A stretch of DNA of 64,000 nucleotides from Candidatus Omnitrophota bacterium (GCA_028716245.1 JAQUQW010000001.1:485925-549924), one strand, 5' to 3'; shown: positions 1 through 9,509, numbered from the stretch's first letter. The notes: generated from the letters alone by a model not told the origin. Program-made: numbers and translations.

Positions 1-306
1 TCGGATCTAAATCCTCTTTTTTAACTTCTAATGCTAAATTGCGCGGATTTTTCAAGTTAACAAAAGAAGTATAGAGGTTATTTATAGAATAAAATATTAG
101 GGTCAGAATACAAATCCCTAAAACCTTGCTTATTATTTTTGTATCAAGCCCATGCGCTTGCGGCCTCTGAAACTGCTTTCTAAACCAATCCTTAAAAAAA
201 GAAACCCTGCCTATCCAGGCACTGAAAGAAAATAAACTTAAACTCTGATGTTTAATTGCCAACGAGTTAAAGGATGCCGGTTTTAACTTCGGATCCTCAA
301 TTAATC

Positions 307-1179
307 TTAATAACTGCTTCTCTGGAGTAAAAGGTCTTTCCTGTGCCATCCTGATTTTATTTCCTCATTGATCAGCTCACGTATAAATAACTCATCGATC
401 ACGAATTTATTCCTCATTACCAGATTTTTTAAAGCCCGATGGCATAACATCGTAATCCTGCGGGGATATCCTTGGCTGTATTCATAGATTTCTCTAATCC
501 CTTCATCTAAAAAAAGCTGGATGTTGCTTCTGTATCCTGCCTGCCTTATGCGAAAATCAATCATCTCTTTGGTCTCATCAAAACCCAGCGGGTTTAAAGT
601 ATACTTAAAACTAATGCGGTCAAAAAAATTGGGGATATTCATTATTTTAGAATATAACTCGACCTGCCCCAAGAGAATCAATTGTAAAAGTTTAAATTCA
701 TTTGTCTCATAATTAAGGAGGACGCGCAATACCTCTAAAGAGGCTTCGCTTAATTTTTGAGCTTCATCAATAATTAAAGTAACGGTTTTACTTTCGATCA
801 CGCCCTTTTGAAAAAGATAGGCCTGCAGGGCCTCTCTTAAGTCCAGGATAGTTTTGCAGCTATTAACTCCCGTATTATTAATTTCGAAATTTTTTATTAA
901 TGAGCTTACAAATAAAAATTCATTGTCAAAGGAAGGATCTAATATAATATGGAAGACAACATCGTCTCTCTCTTTTAGTTCCTGGATGAGCTTTCGAGAA
1001 AGCGTAGTTTTACCGGTCCCCACATCCCCTAAAATAACCGAAAGGCCTCTTTTTAAACGCAGCTCGATAAGGATATTAGTTAAGGCATTCTCATGTTCTT
1101 TAGATAAATAAAAAAACTCAGGATCAGGGCTGGTAGAAAAAGGCTCTTTCTCAAATCCTAACACCTTAAAATAGCTCAC
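307..1179 (-). CDS. AAA family ATPase, ExeA/GspA/MshM-like (secretion/pilus-associated)
   Basis: Walker A motif GDVGTGKTT near the N-terminus. Overall layout matches the ExeA-type AAA ATPases found with T2SS/MSHA pilus loci. The protein family is recognised from memory only. Confidence 0.65.
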   Translation of the reverse strand: MSYFKVLGFEKEPFSTSPDPEFFYLSKEHENALTNILIELRLKRGLSVILGDVGTGKTTLSRKLIQELKERDDVVFHIILDPSFDNEFLFVSSLIKNFEINNTGVNSCKTILDLREALQAYLFQKGVIESKTVTLIIDEAQKLSEASLEVLRVLLNYETNEFKLLQLILLGQVELYSKIMNIPNFFDRISFKYTLNPLGFDETKEMIDFRIRQAGYRSNIQLFLDEGIREIYEYSQGYPRRITMLCHRALKNLVMRNKFVIDELFIRELINEEIKSGWHRKDLLLQRSSY

Positions 1180-1249
1180 GTTTTAACCTTCCCCCTAAAA
1201 TTTTAAACAAACTCATAACTTATTGTATTTCAATGAGTTTTGACTCATC

Positions 1250-1495
1250 CTAAATTCCAATTAGTTGCTTTCGGATCAGGCTCAGAGAATACCCTTCTTC
1301 TGTCAACTTCTTTATCTTTTTTATACGTTCATCTACTATATTCTTGTCATAGAACCTCACATTCCCCTTCTTTAATGCTATCGGTAACAATCCAAAATCC
1401 GTATAGTGGTTAACAGTCTGATAAGTCAGGTTATACTCCCCCATAATATCTTTTACTGAAAGCATTTTGCCCTCTTTATTATTGTCTTTTACCAT
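1250..1495 (-). CDS. MerR-family helix-turn-helix DNA-binding protein (small)
   Basis: 81 aa. N-terminal LSVKDIMGEYNLTYQTVNHYTDFGLL resembles a MerR-type HTH, followed by a short coiled-coil. Confidence 0.5.
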   Translation of the reverse strand: MVKDNNKEGKMLSVKDIMGEYNLTYQTVNHYTDFGLLPIALKKGNVRFYDKNIVDERIKKIKKLTEEGYSLSLIRKQLIGI

Positions 1496-1638
1496 TTATT
1501 TATTTCCTTTTTTGATAAACTCTCTAAATATATTTGACTTATGGTAACTACAAGAACTCGGATAAATACCATAGTCAAAATATATACCATACTTAAAATA
1601 TATACCATAAAATATAATCTTGTCAATAGAAATTTAAT

Positions 1639-1668
1639 AAAAAAGGCCCGGCGTTTTTTGCCGGGCCT
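1639..1668 (-). terminator. Rho-independent terminator (palindromic, works on both strands)
   Basis: Hairpin ggcccggc/gccgggcc with loop gtttttt, flanked by an A-run on the plus strand and a T-run on the minus strand. Sits immediately downstream of the minus-strand gene that ends at 1700. Confidence 0.6.
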
Positions 1669-1699
1669 TTTACTTTTCTTGCCTAAAAAATCTTAACTG

Positions 1700-2353
1700 C
1701 TAAACAAACGGTAATCTTATAATAACAGTAGTGCCGTAATCCTGCCTCTCTATTTCCATAGAACCATTATAGTTATTAATAATTTTACGGCACATCAACA
1801 AATCGAAATGTGTCCGCTCTTTTTTCTTAGGCCCCACATCGCTTATCTTAACTTCAATGTAACGATTCTCAAAATTAGATGTTTTTATGCTAAGTTTACT
1901 GTCCTGCCCTGTCATTGCCTGACAGGCACTCAGGAATAAATCCAGAAAAACTTCCTGCAACTGATTAAAATCACTTTTAATAAGCGGGATATCTTTGGCT
2001 AAATCTTTTTCTATACTTATGGATGCGGAGCATTCTTTATAATAGGCAAGAAGGGTGGCGGCATTTTCGATAACCTCATTTATATTTAAATCCTCAAGCT
2101 TATGCGGCATGTTCATGGCGAATTTAAGGATGCGGTTGACTATCACACTAAGCCTGTCTGCGCAATTACTGATTAACTCCAAATTTTCCCGGGCATTCTT
2201 ATCTATTGTCTTTTGCTCTAAAAGGAACTTGAGCCTTCCGGAAATAACAATTAAGAGATTATTCATCTCATCCGTCAGGCCAACCGCGAATTCACGTATA
2301 GATGCTATTTTTTCTGCCTGGGTTCCTCTAAGAGGCTTTTCTTCTTTCTGCAT
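1700..2353 (-). CDS. Histidine-kinase-like protein with degenerate H-box and ATP-lid (pseudo-kinase candidate)
   Basis: DHp/HATPase_c-like architecture: N-box-like DLFLSACQAM and a C-terminal beta-rich segment. The expected phospho-His position reads FAVGLTDEMNNLL (Asp in place of His). The G2 box lacks the Gly residues. Last gene of the two-component operon. Confidence 0.55.
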   Translation of the reverse strand: MQKEEKPLRGTQAEKIASIREFAVGLTDEMNNLLIVISGRLKFLLEQKTIDKNARENLELISNCADRLSVIVNRILKFAMNMPHKLEDLNINEVIENAATLLAYYKECSASISIEKDLAKDIPLIKSDFNQLQEVFLDLFLSACQAMTGQDSKLSIKTSNFENRYIEVKISDVGPKKKERTHFDLLMCRKIINNYNGSMEIERQDYGTTVIIRLPFV

Positions 2354-2357
2354 TCCG

Positions 2358-2750
2358 CTATATCCTTCCCTTGAGTTTTTTATGTTTTCTCAAAATAACT
2401 TCTAACAAAGAAAACTCTTTTTCAAAATCATCCTCTTTAGAAAATATACCCGAGACCCCCAAAGACATTAACTCATTGGCCCTGGGGGTACCAATGTGGG
2501 CACTTATAATTATCACCGGAATTTCTTTATCGAATTCCCTGATCTTCTTAAAGGCCTCAACACCGTCCATGCCAAACATATTCAAATCCAGGAAAACGAC
2601 ATCCGGCTTTTTTTCTTTTACAAGTTCCACCCCCGCTCTTCCATCAGATGCGGATATAACCGTATAGCCTTTGGATTCAAGCCAAAACGTCATTATGGTC
2701 CGGAAATCAACTTCATCTTCCACGACAAGAATGGTAATATTATTAGACAT
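2358..2750 (-). CDS. Single-domain response regulator (CheY-like receiver)
   Basis: Acidic pocket LVVEDE, phospho-acceptor context VVFLDLNMFGMDG, IIISAH (Ser/Thr) and a conserved Lys. 130 aa with no output domain. Confidence 0.8.
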   Translation of the reverse strand: MSNNITILVVEDEVDFRTIMTFWLESKGYTVISASDGRAGVELVKEKKPDVVFLDLNMFGMDGVEAFKKIREFDKEIPVIIISAHIGTPRANELMSLGVSGIFSKEDDFEKEFSLLEVILRKHKKLKGRI

Positions 2751-2781
2751 TGATCTTCCTCCGATTTAACTCCAATATTGT

Positions 2782-4200
2782 TTACTTTAATGGCAGCGTA
2801 AAAATAAACCTTGCGCCAACGCCCTTTTCACTCTCTACCCAAATCTTTCCACGATGCAACTCAACAATTTCTTTGACAATTGATAACCCTATGCCTGTCC
2901 CATTTATATCCGAAGCGACCCTTTCCCCCGCCTGATAAAATTTATTGAAAATATTAGGCAAATCTTCTTTAGAAATACCCACACCGTTATCCTGCACAGT
3001 AATCATTACTTCTTTGCCTTCTGCGCTTAATGACGCTTCGATAATTACATTACCGTTAGCAGGCGTAAACTTAATGGCATTGCCGATAAGGTTAGTTAGA
3101 ACCTGAATGATCCTGTCTCCATCAATATTTATCTGTGGCAGCCCATTCTCAATTTTCTTTTCTATGGTAATAGACTTTGTTTTTGACCAATTAATAAGGG
3201 ATCCCACGGATTCCTCAATAACAAACGCAATTGAAGTTGGCAAAGCACTGATTTTCATCTTTCCCGCTTCAAGCTTGGAAAGATCCAACAAGTCATTGAT
3301 CATAATCGATAACCTTTTAATATTGCGCTGGGCGATAGACAAAAACTCCTCCTGGGCGGAGGAAATCTCTCCCGCATTTTTAGCCAGGATTAAAGCAATA
3401 GATTTATCTATGGCTACCAGAGGCGTACGCAGCTCATGAGTAATATTAGAGACAAAGTTTGCTTTTAATTGATCCAGCTCTTTCTGTTTGGTGATATCGC
3501 TTAAAACAGAGACCATGCCTATGGACTGCCCATTCTCATTTTCGATAACCGCGCTGCTTGCCCTTAACGTCCTTTTCGTATCGTCTTTTTGGCTGACCAG
3601 CTCTATTTCCTTATCATCTTTGTCCTGCGATTCATTAACCAGCGAAACCAGCTGTTCTTCTTTAAGATTCTCTAAAATAGATTTACCGACCTTCTCTCTC
3701 TTGGAAACGCCCAAAAGCTTTTCGGCGGCAGGATTCATCATCACCACCCTGCCCTGCGCGTCCACGATCACCAGCCCTTCGGCAATACTGCGGATCACTG
3801 CGTCGGTATTTTTCTTGTCAGAAAGCACCTTTTTATATTTCTTCCAGGTAACTTCCTCATTGTGTTTTTCTTCCTGAATAATCGCTTCATATTTTTTGTC
3901 TAATTGATGGGTATTCTGATCTATTCTCTTTTCTAATTCTTTGTCAAAAGTGTCAATTAGTTTTTGACTGACCTCTTGGCCCTTGGCCTTAGAATCTACC
4001 AAATCATTTATTTCTTCAAGTATAGCCTGCTTTAGTGGTTTATCTTCAAAAGCATTTTCATCTAAGCCTTCAATTGCTTTTCTTTTATTATCAGCGTCTA
4101 TTTTTGTCTGCCCGGATAATTTTGTTAAATTAAATAATACCAGGGCAATCACGATGCTGACGACAGCTGTTACTGTATATATTATCGCTATAAAGGACAT
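2782..4200 (-). CDS. Membrane-anchored PAS-domain sensor histidine kinase
   Basis: N-terminal TM helix, coiled coil, PAS-like region, HisKA H-box ITHELRTPL, and HATPase_c boxes (GNAIKFT, DNGVGI, GTGIGLSIV). Confidence 0.85.
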   Translation of the reverse strand: MSFIAIIYTVTAVVSIVIALVLFNLTKLSGQTKIDADNKRKAIEGLDENAFEDKPLKQAILEEINDLVDSKAKGQEVSQKLIDTFDKELEKRIDQNTHQLDKKYEAIIQEEKHNEEVTWKKYKKVLSDKKNTDAVIRSIAEGLVIVDAQGRVVMMNPAAEKLLGVSKREKVGKSILENLKEEQLVSLVNESQDKDDKEIELVSQKDDTKRTLRASSAVIENENGQSIGMVSVLSDITKQKELDQLKANFVSNITHELRTPLVAIDKSIALILAKNAGEISSAQEEFLSIAQRNIKRLSIMINDLLDLSKLEAGKMKISALPTSIAFVIEESVGSLINWSKTKSITIEKKIENGLPQINIDGDRIIQVLTNLIGNAIKFTPANGNVIIEASLSAEGKEVMITVQDNGVGISKEDLPNIFNKFYQAGERVASDINGTGIGLSIVKEIVELHRGKIWVESEKGVGARFIFTLPLK

Positions 4201-4262
4201 CTTGGCCTTTCTGCTAAAATAACTTAACTAAATATACCATAAAACTTAGAAATTTGCTAAAC

Positions 4263-4292
4263 AAAAAACCCGCTAATCTTTCGGTTAGCGGG
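4263..4292 (-). terminator. Rho-independent terminator
   Basis: Hairpin cccgctaa/ttagcggg preceded on the plus strand by an A-run, giving a T-run on the minus strand. Downstream of the gene ending at 4315. Confidence 0.55.
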
Positions 4293-4314
4293 CAAAAAAA
4301 ACTTAAATCAGCTC

Positions 4315-4698
4315 TTAATCCACCTGTCCGCGATGGACCTCTCCGATTCTTACGCGAACTACCCCCTTTTTAACATCAGCTATTTTGGAAAAAGCATTCT
4401 GGCTTAAATCGACCATTCTTCCCATTACAAAAAGAAAGAACGAGGGGCCAAAATCATTATGCCTGACTTCCACGCATCTATTATTTGCCAAATTACATAC
4501 CAGGTAATATTTACCAAAACCTCTCTTCCGCATCGCGCAAGTAAGCTGGCCGCTTTGGTACATTTCTCCCGAAGCAGTGCGCTGGGGACTATACCAGGTA
4601 GCCAGCCCGATTGCCGGATAAACCTCTCTCAGATGTTTCTTGTCTTGGCACCCGCAGAATAAAATAAGGCAAATCAATATAACCCAATAAAGTTTCAT
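4315..4698 (-). CDS. RlpA-like double-psi beta-barrel lipoprotein
   Basis: Lipoprotein signal LILFCGC. DPBB motifs GLATWYSP..TASGE..LTCA...V.V.HNDFGP typical of RlpA / septal lytic transglycosylase-like proteins. Confidence 0.65.
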   Translation of the reverse strand: MKLYWVILICLILFCGCQDKKHLREVYPAIGLATWYSPQRTASGEMYQSGQLTCAMRKRGFGKYYLVCNLANNRCVEVRHNDFGPSFFLFVMGRMVDLSQNAFSKIADVKKGVVRVRIGEVHRGQVD

Positions 4699-4720
4699 AA
4701 AGGATTGATTCTGTTCGACT

Positions 4721-5182
4721 TTAAGCTTTCTTCAACGCTACGAAGGCCCTTTCGTTATCACTGGTAGAAAGCACTATGGTTGCCGGGCAACCCGAAGAAC
4801 AGGTAGTGCCATAGGCGTATTTTATATCTAAATCTTCCTGCGATACCTTATCGGTCACCAGTTTTAACGCGCCGATCTTATTTTCAAGATCAACTACGAC
4901 CACGCTCTTTTCTTCCTGTGATTTGTAGCCAGCTTTTTTCAAGGCATCAGAGGCGCGCAGATTATCCGCAGTTAAGAGATGGATCTTGGCTTCTTTGCCG
5001 ATGCCGTAACCCACAAAAGCCTCCAAGTTTATGCCGTGGTCAGCAACTATCTTGCACATATCCGCCAGAATACCCATCTTATTTGCCACGCTTACTACGA
5101 TCTCCTTCTTCATATTCACTGCCCTAATCATGCCGGCCTCCTTTTTAAGTTTAAGATTTTTGGTCCTTGCTCCCTTCGTCAA
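4721..5182 (-). CDS. ACT-domain protein (tandem ACT)
   Basis: Two repeats of the EIVVSV..MGILADM and VVVVDLENKIGAL type, the beta-alpha-beta-beta-alpha-beta ACT signature. Confidence 0.5.
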   Translation of the reverse strand: MTKGARTKNLKLKKEAGMIRAVNMKKEIVVSVANKMGILADMCKIVADHGINLEAFVGYGIGKEAKIHLLTADNLRASDALKKAGYKSQEEKSVVVVDLENKIGALKLVTDKVSQEDLDIKYAYGTTCSSGCPATIVLSTSDNERAFVALKKA

Positions 5183-5185
5183 TAG

Positions 5186-5950
5186 CTATTCTTCTAATCT
5201 TACTTGTGCAGGGTCGATTCTATAATAGAAGTTGTTTTCCCAAAATCCCTGATAAATTTCTATCCAACCTCCAATTTTTAATAAGATCGGAGGATTTAAT
5301 TTAGTCATTATGACTATGCTGGTCTGAAGATCAGCGACCGTTTCATTAACCCTGAATATCCAACGCGCCTTTAATGTCCCCCGGCCCGTAGACTGGATAG
5401 TGGCGACCTTCCAGACCCATGGCTGAGGCTCTATCGCGAATTTTGCCTTGGCTTCCGCGCTCAAAGGAACCCCGGCCACGGGCACAGAATAATTCATACC
5501 CAAGTCTAAACCAACGCTGCCGCTGATCCTCAACTTTTCTTCATAAGTAGTTTGAGGAAAGATGTCGGATATATTCAGGCGCGGATCTTTATCCTGCGAC
5601 AATTCATAATGCAATTCCGCCTGTATGAATTTATAATTTGTAGACGGCCCCAGGTTAACACCGACATTAGCCTGATAAAAATTATAGCCGTTTTTCACAA
5701 AAGATTTGGCTTCCGGGGACAGTTCCTTTCCGCCGGCATTGGTAACATCAAGGACATTTATTAGGGGAGGATTCTTTAGCACAATAAGGTCTTCTATATT
5801 TTCAGGCGGTTTCTCGTAAGTAACGCCTCCAGCAGGGACTTCCATCCCCAATGTTTCTACTTCCCTTGCTTTTCCCCTTGGCATCAAAGATTCATCCAAA
5901 ACAAGCCTCAATTTTTGTACTGCCATTCTACCCCCTTTCCTTTTAAACAA
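5186..5950 (-). CDS. Hypothetical protein
   Basis: 254-aa ORF oriented with its neighbours. No motif recognised. Confidence 0.4.
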   Translation of the reverse strand: MFKRKGGRMAVQKLRLVLDESLMPRGKAREVETLGMEVPAGGVTYEKPPENIEDLIVLKNPPLINVLDVTNAGGKELSPEAKSFVKNGYNFYQANVGVNLGPSTNYKFIQAELHYELSQDKDPRLNISDIFPQTTYEEKLRISGSVGLDLGMNYSVPVAGVPLSAEAKAKFAIEPQPWVWKVATIQSTGRGTLKARWIFRVNETVADLQTSIVIMTKLNPPILLKIGGWIEIYQGFWENNFYYRIDPAQVRLEE

Positions 5951-6093
5951 ATAGGCACCCTCTATCTTCTAGAAGGTGCCTGTGATTGGCTGCTATTTTA
6001 ACCCCATTTTTCGCTCCTGCTTATTGGAATTATTTTACACCTCTTAAAATCCTTGTCAACCCAAAAAAACCCCGGCCTCCCTGTAAACCAAAA

Positions 6094-6120
6094 ATCCCAA
6101 GCTCTTGTGGAGCCTGGGAT
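6094..6120 (-). terminator. Putative Rho-independent terminator (repeat-family hairpin)
   Basis: Hairpin atcccaagct / agcctgggat (9 of 10 bp) with a T-run on the minus strand. Same stem sequence as the terminator at 7384-7420. Confidence 0.35.
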
Positions 6121-6345
6121 TAGAGGTAAACCGCAACTATTTATTTCTTACATTTCATGCAAAAATTATCATGCATGCACTTCACAAAGGATTTAGCAAA
6201 AACAAAGATGATTATCAACAACGCGATCTGTCCGAACAATCTCCAATCCATCATCTTTCACCTCCTTTTTATGCCTTTATTATACGCCAATCCGGGAAAG
6301 ATACAAACAAAAAGAAGCTTGAAAGCTGAAGAATTTCAGCGAGCT

Positions 6346-6600
6346 TTAGAATCTAAAATGCACAAAAATCCTGCCAAAATTCTTGTCATCTTTCTCTATG
6401 CGGTGATAAAGCTTCTTAATCTCCGGTTGCTCCAGAAAACGCAATACGCTTTTCTTTAACTGGCCGCTTCCTTTGCCTGGAATGATCTCAACTTCGGTGA
6501 TCCTTTTTCTTACTGCCTCTTCAATAACTCTCCTAAGCTCAGAATCAATCTGCTTTCCAACATTATAGATATCATGTAAATCCAACTTGATCTTACCCAT
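6346..6600 (-). CDS. Smr-domain protein
   Basis: 84 aa. LDLHD...EVEIIPGKGSG matches the Smr (LDLHG...IIHGKG) signature. Confidence 0.55.
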   Translation of the reverse strand: MGKIKLDLHDIYNVGKQIDSELRRVIEEAVRKRITEVEIIPGKGSGQLKKSVLRFLEQPEIKKLYHRIEKDDKNFGRIFVHFRF

Positions 6601-7022
6601 TATTTTATAATCACCTTAAAAGAATTGAAACTTTTATCACTTTTAGACCCGCTAAAGGAAATCCGGACTAAAGACCAGGTATAAACCTGGCCGGCATTAA
6701 ATAATTCCGGCTTAATTTTAATTAAAGACGCCTCGGACGGCAGCTCTTCTTTAAAAATCAGGTTCGCGGCAAACATATTATAACCTTTATAGAGCTTAAA
6801 GATATACCCTCTTGTTTGCGTAAAATCATTCCACCAACTAAACTCTAAAGCTTGGTTTAGGGATAAAATAACCGTGTCGTTAATGGGGTATCTTAGCCTT
6901 GGCGCAGGAGGGCTATTATTAAATCCGCTGTCTAAATTAACACTCAGCGGCCCAGCTAGACTAACCACAGCGGGCAGCAGAATTAACGCCAGTATGATTA
7001 TTACAATCTTCCTCATGATCAT
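6600..7022 (-). CDS. Secreted hypothetical protein
   Basis: N-terminal signal peptide MIMRKIVIIILALILLPAVVSLA. No recognisable domain. Confidence 0.45.
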   Translation of the reverse strand: MIMRKIVIIILALILLPAVVSLAGPLSVNLDSGFNNSPPAPRLRYPINDTVILSLNQALEFSWWNDFTQTRGYIFKLYKGYNMFAANLIFKEELPSEASLIKIKPELFNAGQVYTWSLVRISFSGSKSDKSFNSFKVIIK

Positions 7023-7041
7023 ATTTTACTCCCCAGCTATG

Positions 7042-7278
7042 TTATTTATGCCTAAAGATTAAGTTTATAATAATTGTAAGCAATAAGCTGATTATTAAAG
7101 AAGTTACTATTGGAAAGTAAAAATGGAATCTCTTTGTGTGGATTGCGATATCACCCGGAAGTTTTCCCAGGTAAGGGATCTTCCCTGCTAACATAAAAAG
7201 TAATCCTAGGAAAATCGTAACGGCACCGAAGAACACAAGCATCTTGCCGATACTCTCAAGAGAAAACATATAAGCCAC
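7042..7278 (-). CDS. DUF2905-family small membrane protein
   Basis: 78 aa, two TM helices and a central GKLPGDI motif characteristic of DUF2905. Confidence 0.55.
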   Translation of the reverse strand: MAYMFSLESIGKMLVFFGAVTIFLGLLFMLAGKIPYLGKLPGDIAIHTKRFHFYFPIVTSLIISLLLTIIINLIFRHK

Positions 7279-7383
7279 CTCTTATTCTATTTTTTTTCAT
7301 ACACTATATTTAATTACAATTATATCCCTATAAACCAAAACAAGCACTTTAAATCTTTTATCCAGCGTAGTCCTTTTTGCTTC

Positions 7384-7420
7384 AGCAAAAAGAAATCCCA
7401 AGCCCTTTTCGAGCTTGGGA
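7384..7420 (-). terminator. Rho-independent terminator
   Basis: Perfect 9-bp stem atcccaagc/gcttgggat with a 9-nt loop and a T-run on the minus strand. Lies downstream of 7462-7704. Confidence 0.5.
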
Positions 7421-7461
7421 TTCAAAGAATTATAACCTTCACCTTAATTCTTTAGTTAGAA

Positions 7462-7704
7462 TTAATATCCCTGGTAGTATTCACTTGAAGGGCTATGACG
7501 GTAATGATTATGCCCTACCTGTCCCGTATAAGGATTCGAGTTTCCTTCATATGACCAATTATCTCTTACAGTACCATTGGAATTGGAACGTTCATAACTG
7601 TTTACAATGGTACCATTGTTTCTCATATATCCGTTTACTCTCTCAGCAAAACACAGCGGAACAGTAACCAATAACAATAGTAACACTAATAACAATTTCT
7701 TCAT
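7462..7704 (-). CDS. Small secreted Asn/Gly/Tyr-rich protein
   Basis: Signal peptide MKKLLLVLLLLLVTVPLCFA followed by a low-complexity N/G/Y/S-rich mature part. Confidence 0.4.
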   Translation of the reverse strand: MKKLLLVLLLLLVTVPLCFAERVNGYMRNNGTIVNSYERSNSNGTVRDNWSYEGNSNPYTGQVGHNHYRHSPSSEYYQGY

Positions 7705-7895
7705 GGCCCCTCCTTTGTGTACGCTTATATCATCCTACTGCATCAGCTAGAAGTAAACCATTTTCTGGCTATTTTACACTATCCAGCTTAACTTGGGAAT
7801 TAAGATTTGTAAAAATCATGACTAAATATTTTAATTGAAATTTCTAGTGTTACGGAAAAAACAGAAAATACAGTTAAGGAATTTATACAACTATT

Positions 7896-8720
7896 TTAAG
7901 GATTATCAGGAGACTGTCCAGATAAGGAAATAAAGAATCCTTTTGTTTCGCCATCTTTCATAACAATCGAACCTACTCCATAACCAATAACATACTGTTG
8001 CCCAAACATATCTCTATACCTAATGCTTTCAATTTCCGCTTCTAAATTAGGGATTCCTGAAATTTTAATTATACTTTGCTCATATTCTTCTTTTGCATCC
8101 ATATTTGAGAATCTAACATCTACAACCTCTTCACAAATCTCATTGTTTCCCTCAACTTTTGAAAAACGCAATTTAAACTTCAAAGAAACCCCAATGGCAA
8201 CGCCATGCGGATGCTCCTGTACGTTCTTCAAACTCAAGTTTAGATAATGAGGTTTGCCTTGTTCTGCTGTATCTGCTTTAGCATTCCATAATATAATCTC
8301 TCGCGGTCTCTTCTCATCTAAAATTTTAGGCCCAAGCACTTCTTCTCCTATCCACAAATTAAATTTTAACATTGGCGCAGTGTTCTTTCGATCAGATAAA
8401 CGCATCTGATCTAAGGTATTTTGTGAAACCTTTATTGCCTCTTTAGTTAGGATTATGTTACAAAAAGTTAATAGAGCTACAGCCAGAGTTGAAAACGGTA
8501 AAAGCCAATTTAATAAAAATGCCTTTAATAGAACAGTTATTGTATCAATAGAAAACTTGGAAACAAAAAGAGACTGACGATTATCTGGCTGAACAATGAA
8601 AATAAAGAGAAGGAGGAGAAAAGAAACTAACGCTGTTAAAACATCAACTTGTAATTTAAATTGGATACCACGAGTATTTTTTTTAATTGTTTTCTTACTA
8701 CATTCTCCGGCTGTCGCCAT
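7896..8720 (-). CDS. Hypothetical membrane protein (N-terminal TM helices, C-terminal soluble domain)
   Basis: 274-aa ORF with hydrophobic stretches (LTALVSFLLLLFIFIV and LLPFSTLAVALLTF). The stop overlaps or abuts the start of the GIY-YIG gene. Confidence 0.45.
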   Translation of the reverse strand: MATAGECSKKTIKKNTRGIQFKLQVDVLTALVSFLLLLFIFIVQPDNRQSLFVSKFSIDTITVLLKAFLLNWLLPFSTLAVALLTFCNIILTKEAIKVSQNTLDQMRLSDRKNTAPMLKFNLWIGEEVLGPKILDEKRPREIILWNAKADTAEQGKPHYLNLSLKNVQEHPHGVAIGVSLKFKLRFSKVEGNNEICEEVVDVRFSNMDAKEEYEQSIIKISGIPNLEAEIESIRYRDMFGQQYVIGYGVGSIVMKDGETKGFFISLSGQSPDNP

Positions 8721-8722
8721 AC

Positions 8723-9016
8723 CTACCCTCTTAATTGGGTGTTATGTACTGGCTTATATTTCGCAATCCATTCTTCCTCAAGTGACTTAGCATTTTGACC
8801 ATCTGAAGTTTGATACCAATCAAAAAACGCCACATTAGGAATATCATTATTATTCCAATGCGACAGAAGCCTATCTTTCATAGAAACTTCTGACATGCCT
8901 ATATAAATAAGTTGTTTTAAAGAATTACGCAGAACATATACTCCACAAGTAGGCATAGTAGTGTCTATGTTCAATTTGGTCCACTCTAAAATCCCAGATT
9001 TATTTATGAAACCCAT
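8723..9016 (-). CDS. GIY-YIG nuclease-domain protein (small, standalone)
   Basis: GVYVLRN....LIYIGMSE....RLLSH matches the GIY-YIG motif with its conserved Arg and His. 97 aa. Confidence 0.6.
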   Translation of the reverse strand: MGFINKSGILEWTKLNIDTTMPTCGVYVLRNSLKQLIYIGMSEVSMKDRLLSHWNNNDIPNVAFFDWYQTSDGQNAKSLEEEWIAKYKPVHNTQLRG

Positions 9017-9482
9017 TTCTTTTCTCCTTCTTAATATCGCATTATTTTAACATTTTTTAACTAAAATTCAATAGAATTTATTATGTTTAAATAACCAAAA
9101 CCTAAGATAATACCCACTGTCGCTTTACGACAAATAAAATCTAAGATAGTTTACAGATGTTTTCGTGGCGCCTAATAACACAAGAAAATAACAATGGGAC
9201 AAAACCCATAAACTCATAATTAAATTATAGAACACCGACCATGCTCTCAATCGCTCCTCACTACAATACAAAAAAAGACACTGATTTCTCAAAGCCTTCC
9301 TCGTACCAAAATGCCCCCTCCCCTTGTAAATGAAATTTAATAGTGTATACTTTAATTGGGAGGCGGGTAGAGTAGGAAAGAACAAGAGCAACCGCCCTTC
9401 CACACAAGAGCTGGGGCTGTGCAGTTGAACAGTGAACCCCGACTCTTGTTCTTTCCTATACAAAGATTAGGTGTATCCGAAA

Positions 9483-9509
9483 ACAAAAAAGGCGTTGATT
9501 TCTCAACGC
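9483..9509 (-). terminator. Putative Rho-independent terminator (within repeat copy R2)
   Basis: Stem ggcgttga/tcaacgcc with loop tttc and an A-run on the plus strand (T-run on the minus strand). The homologous copy at about 9270-9300 has a degenerate stem. Confidence 0.4.
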
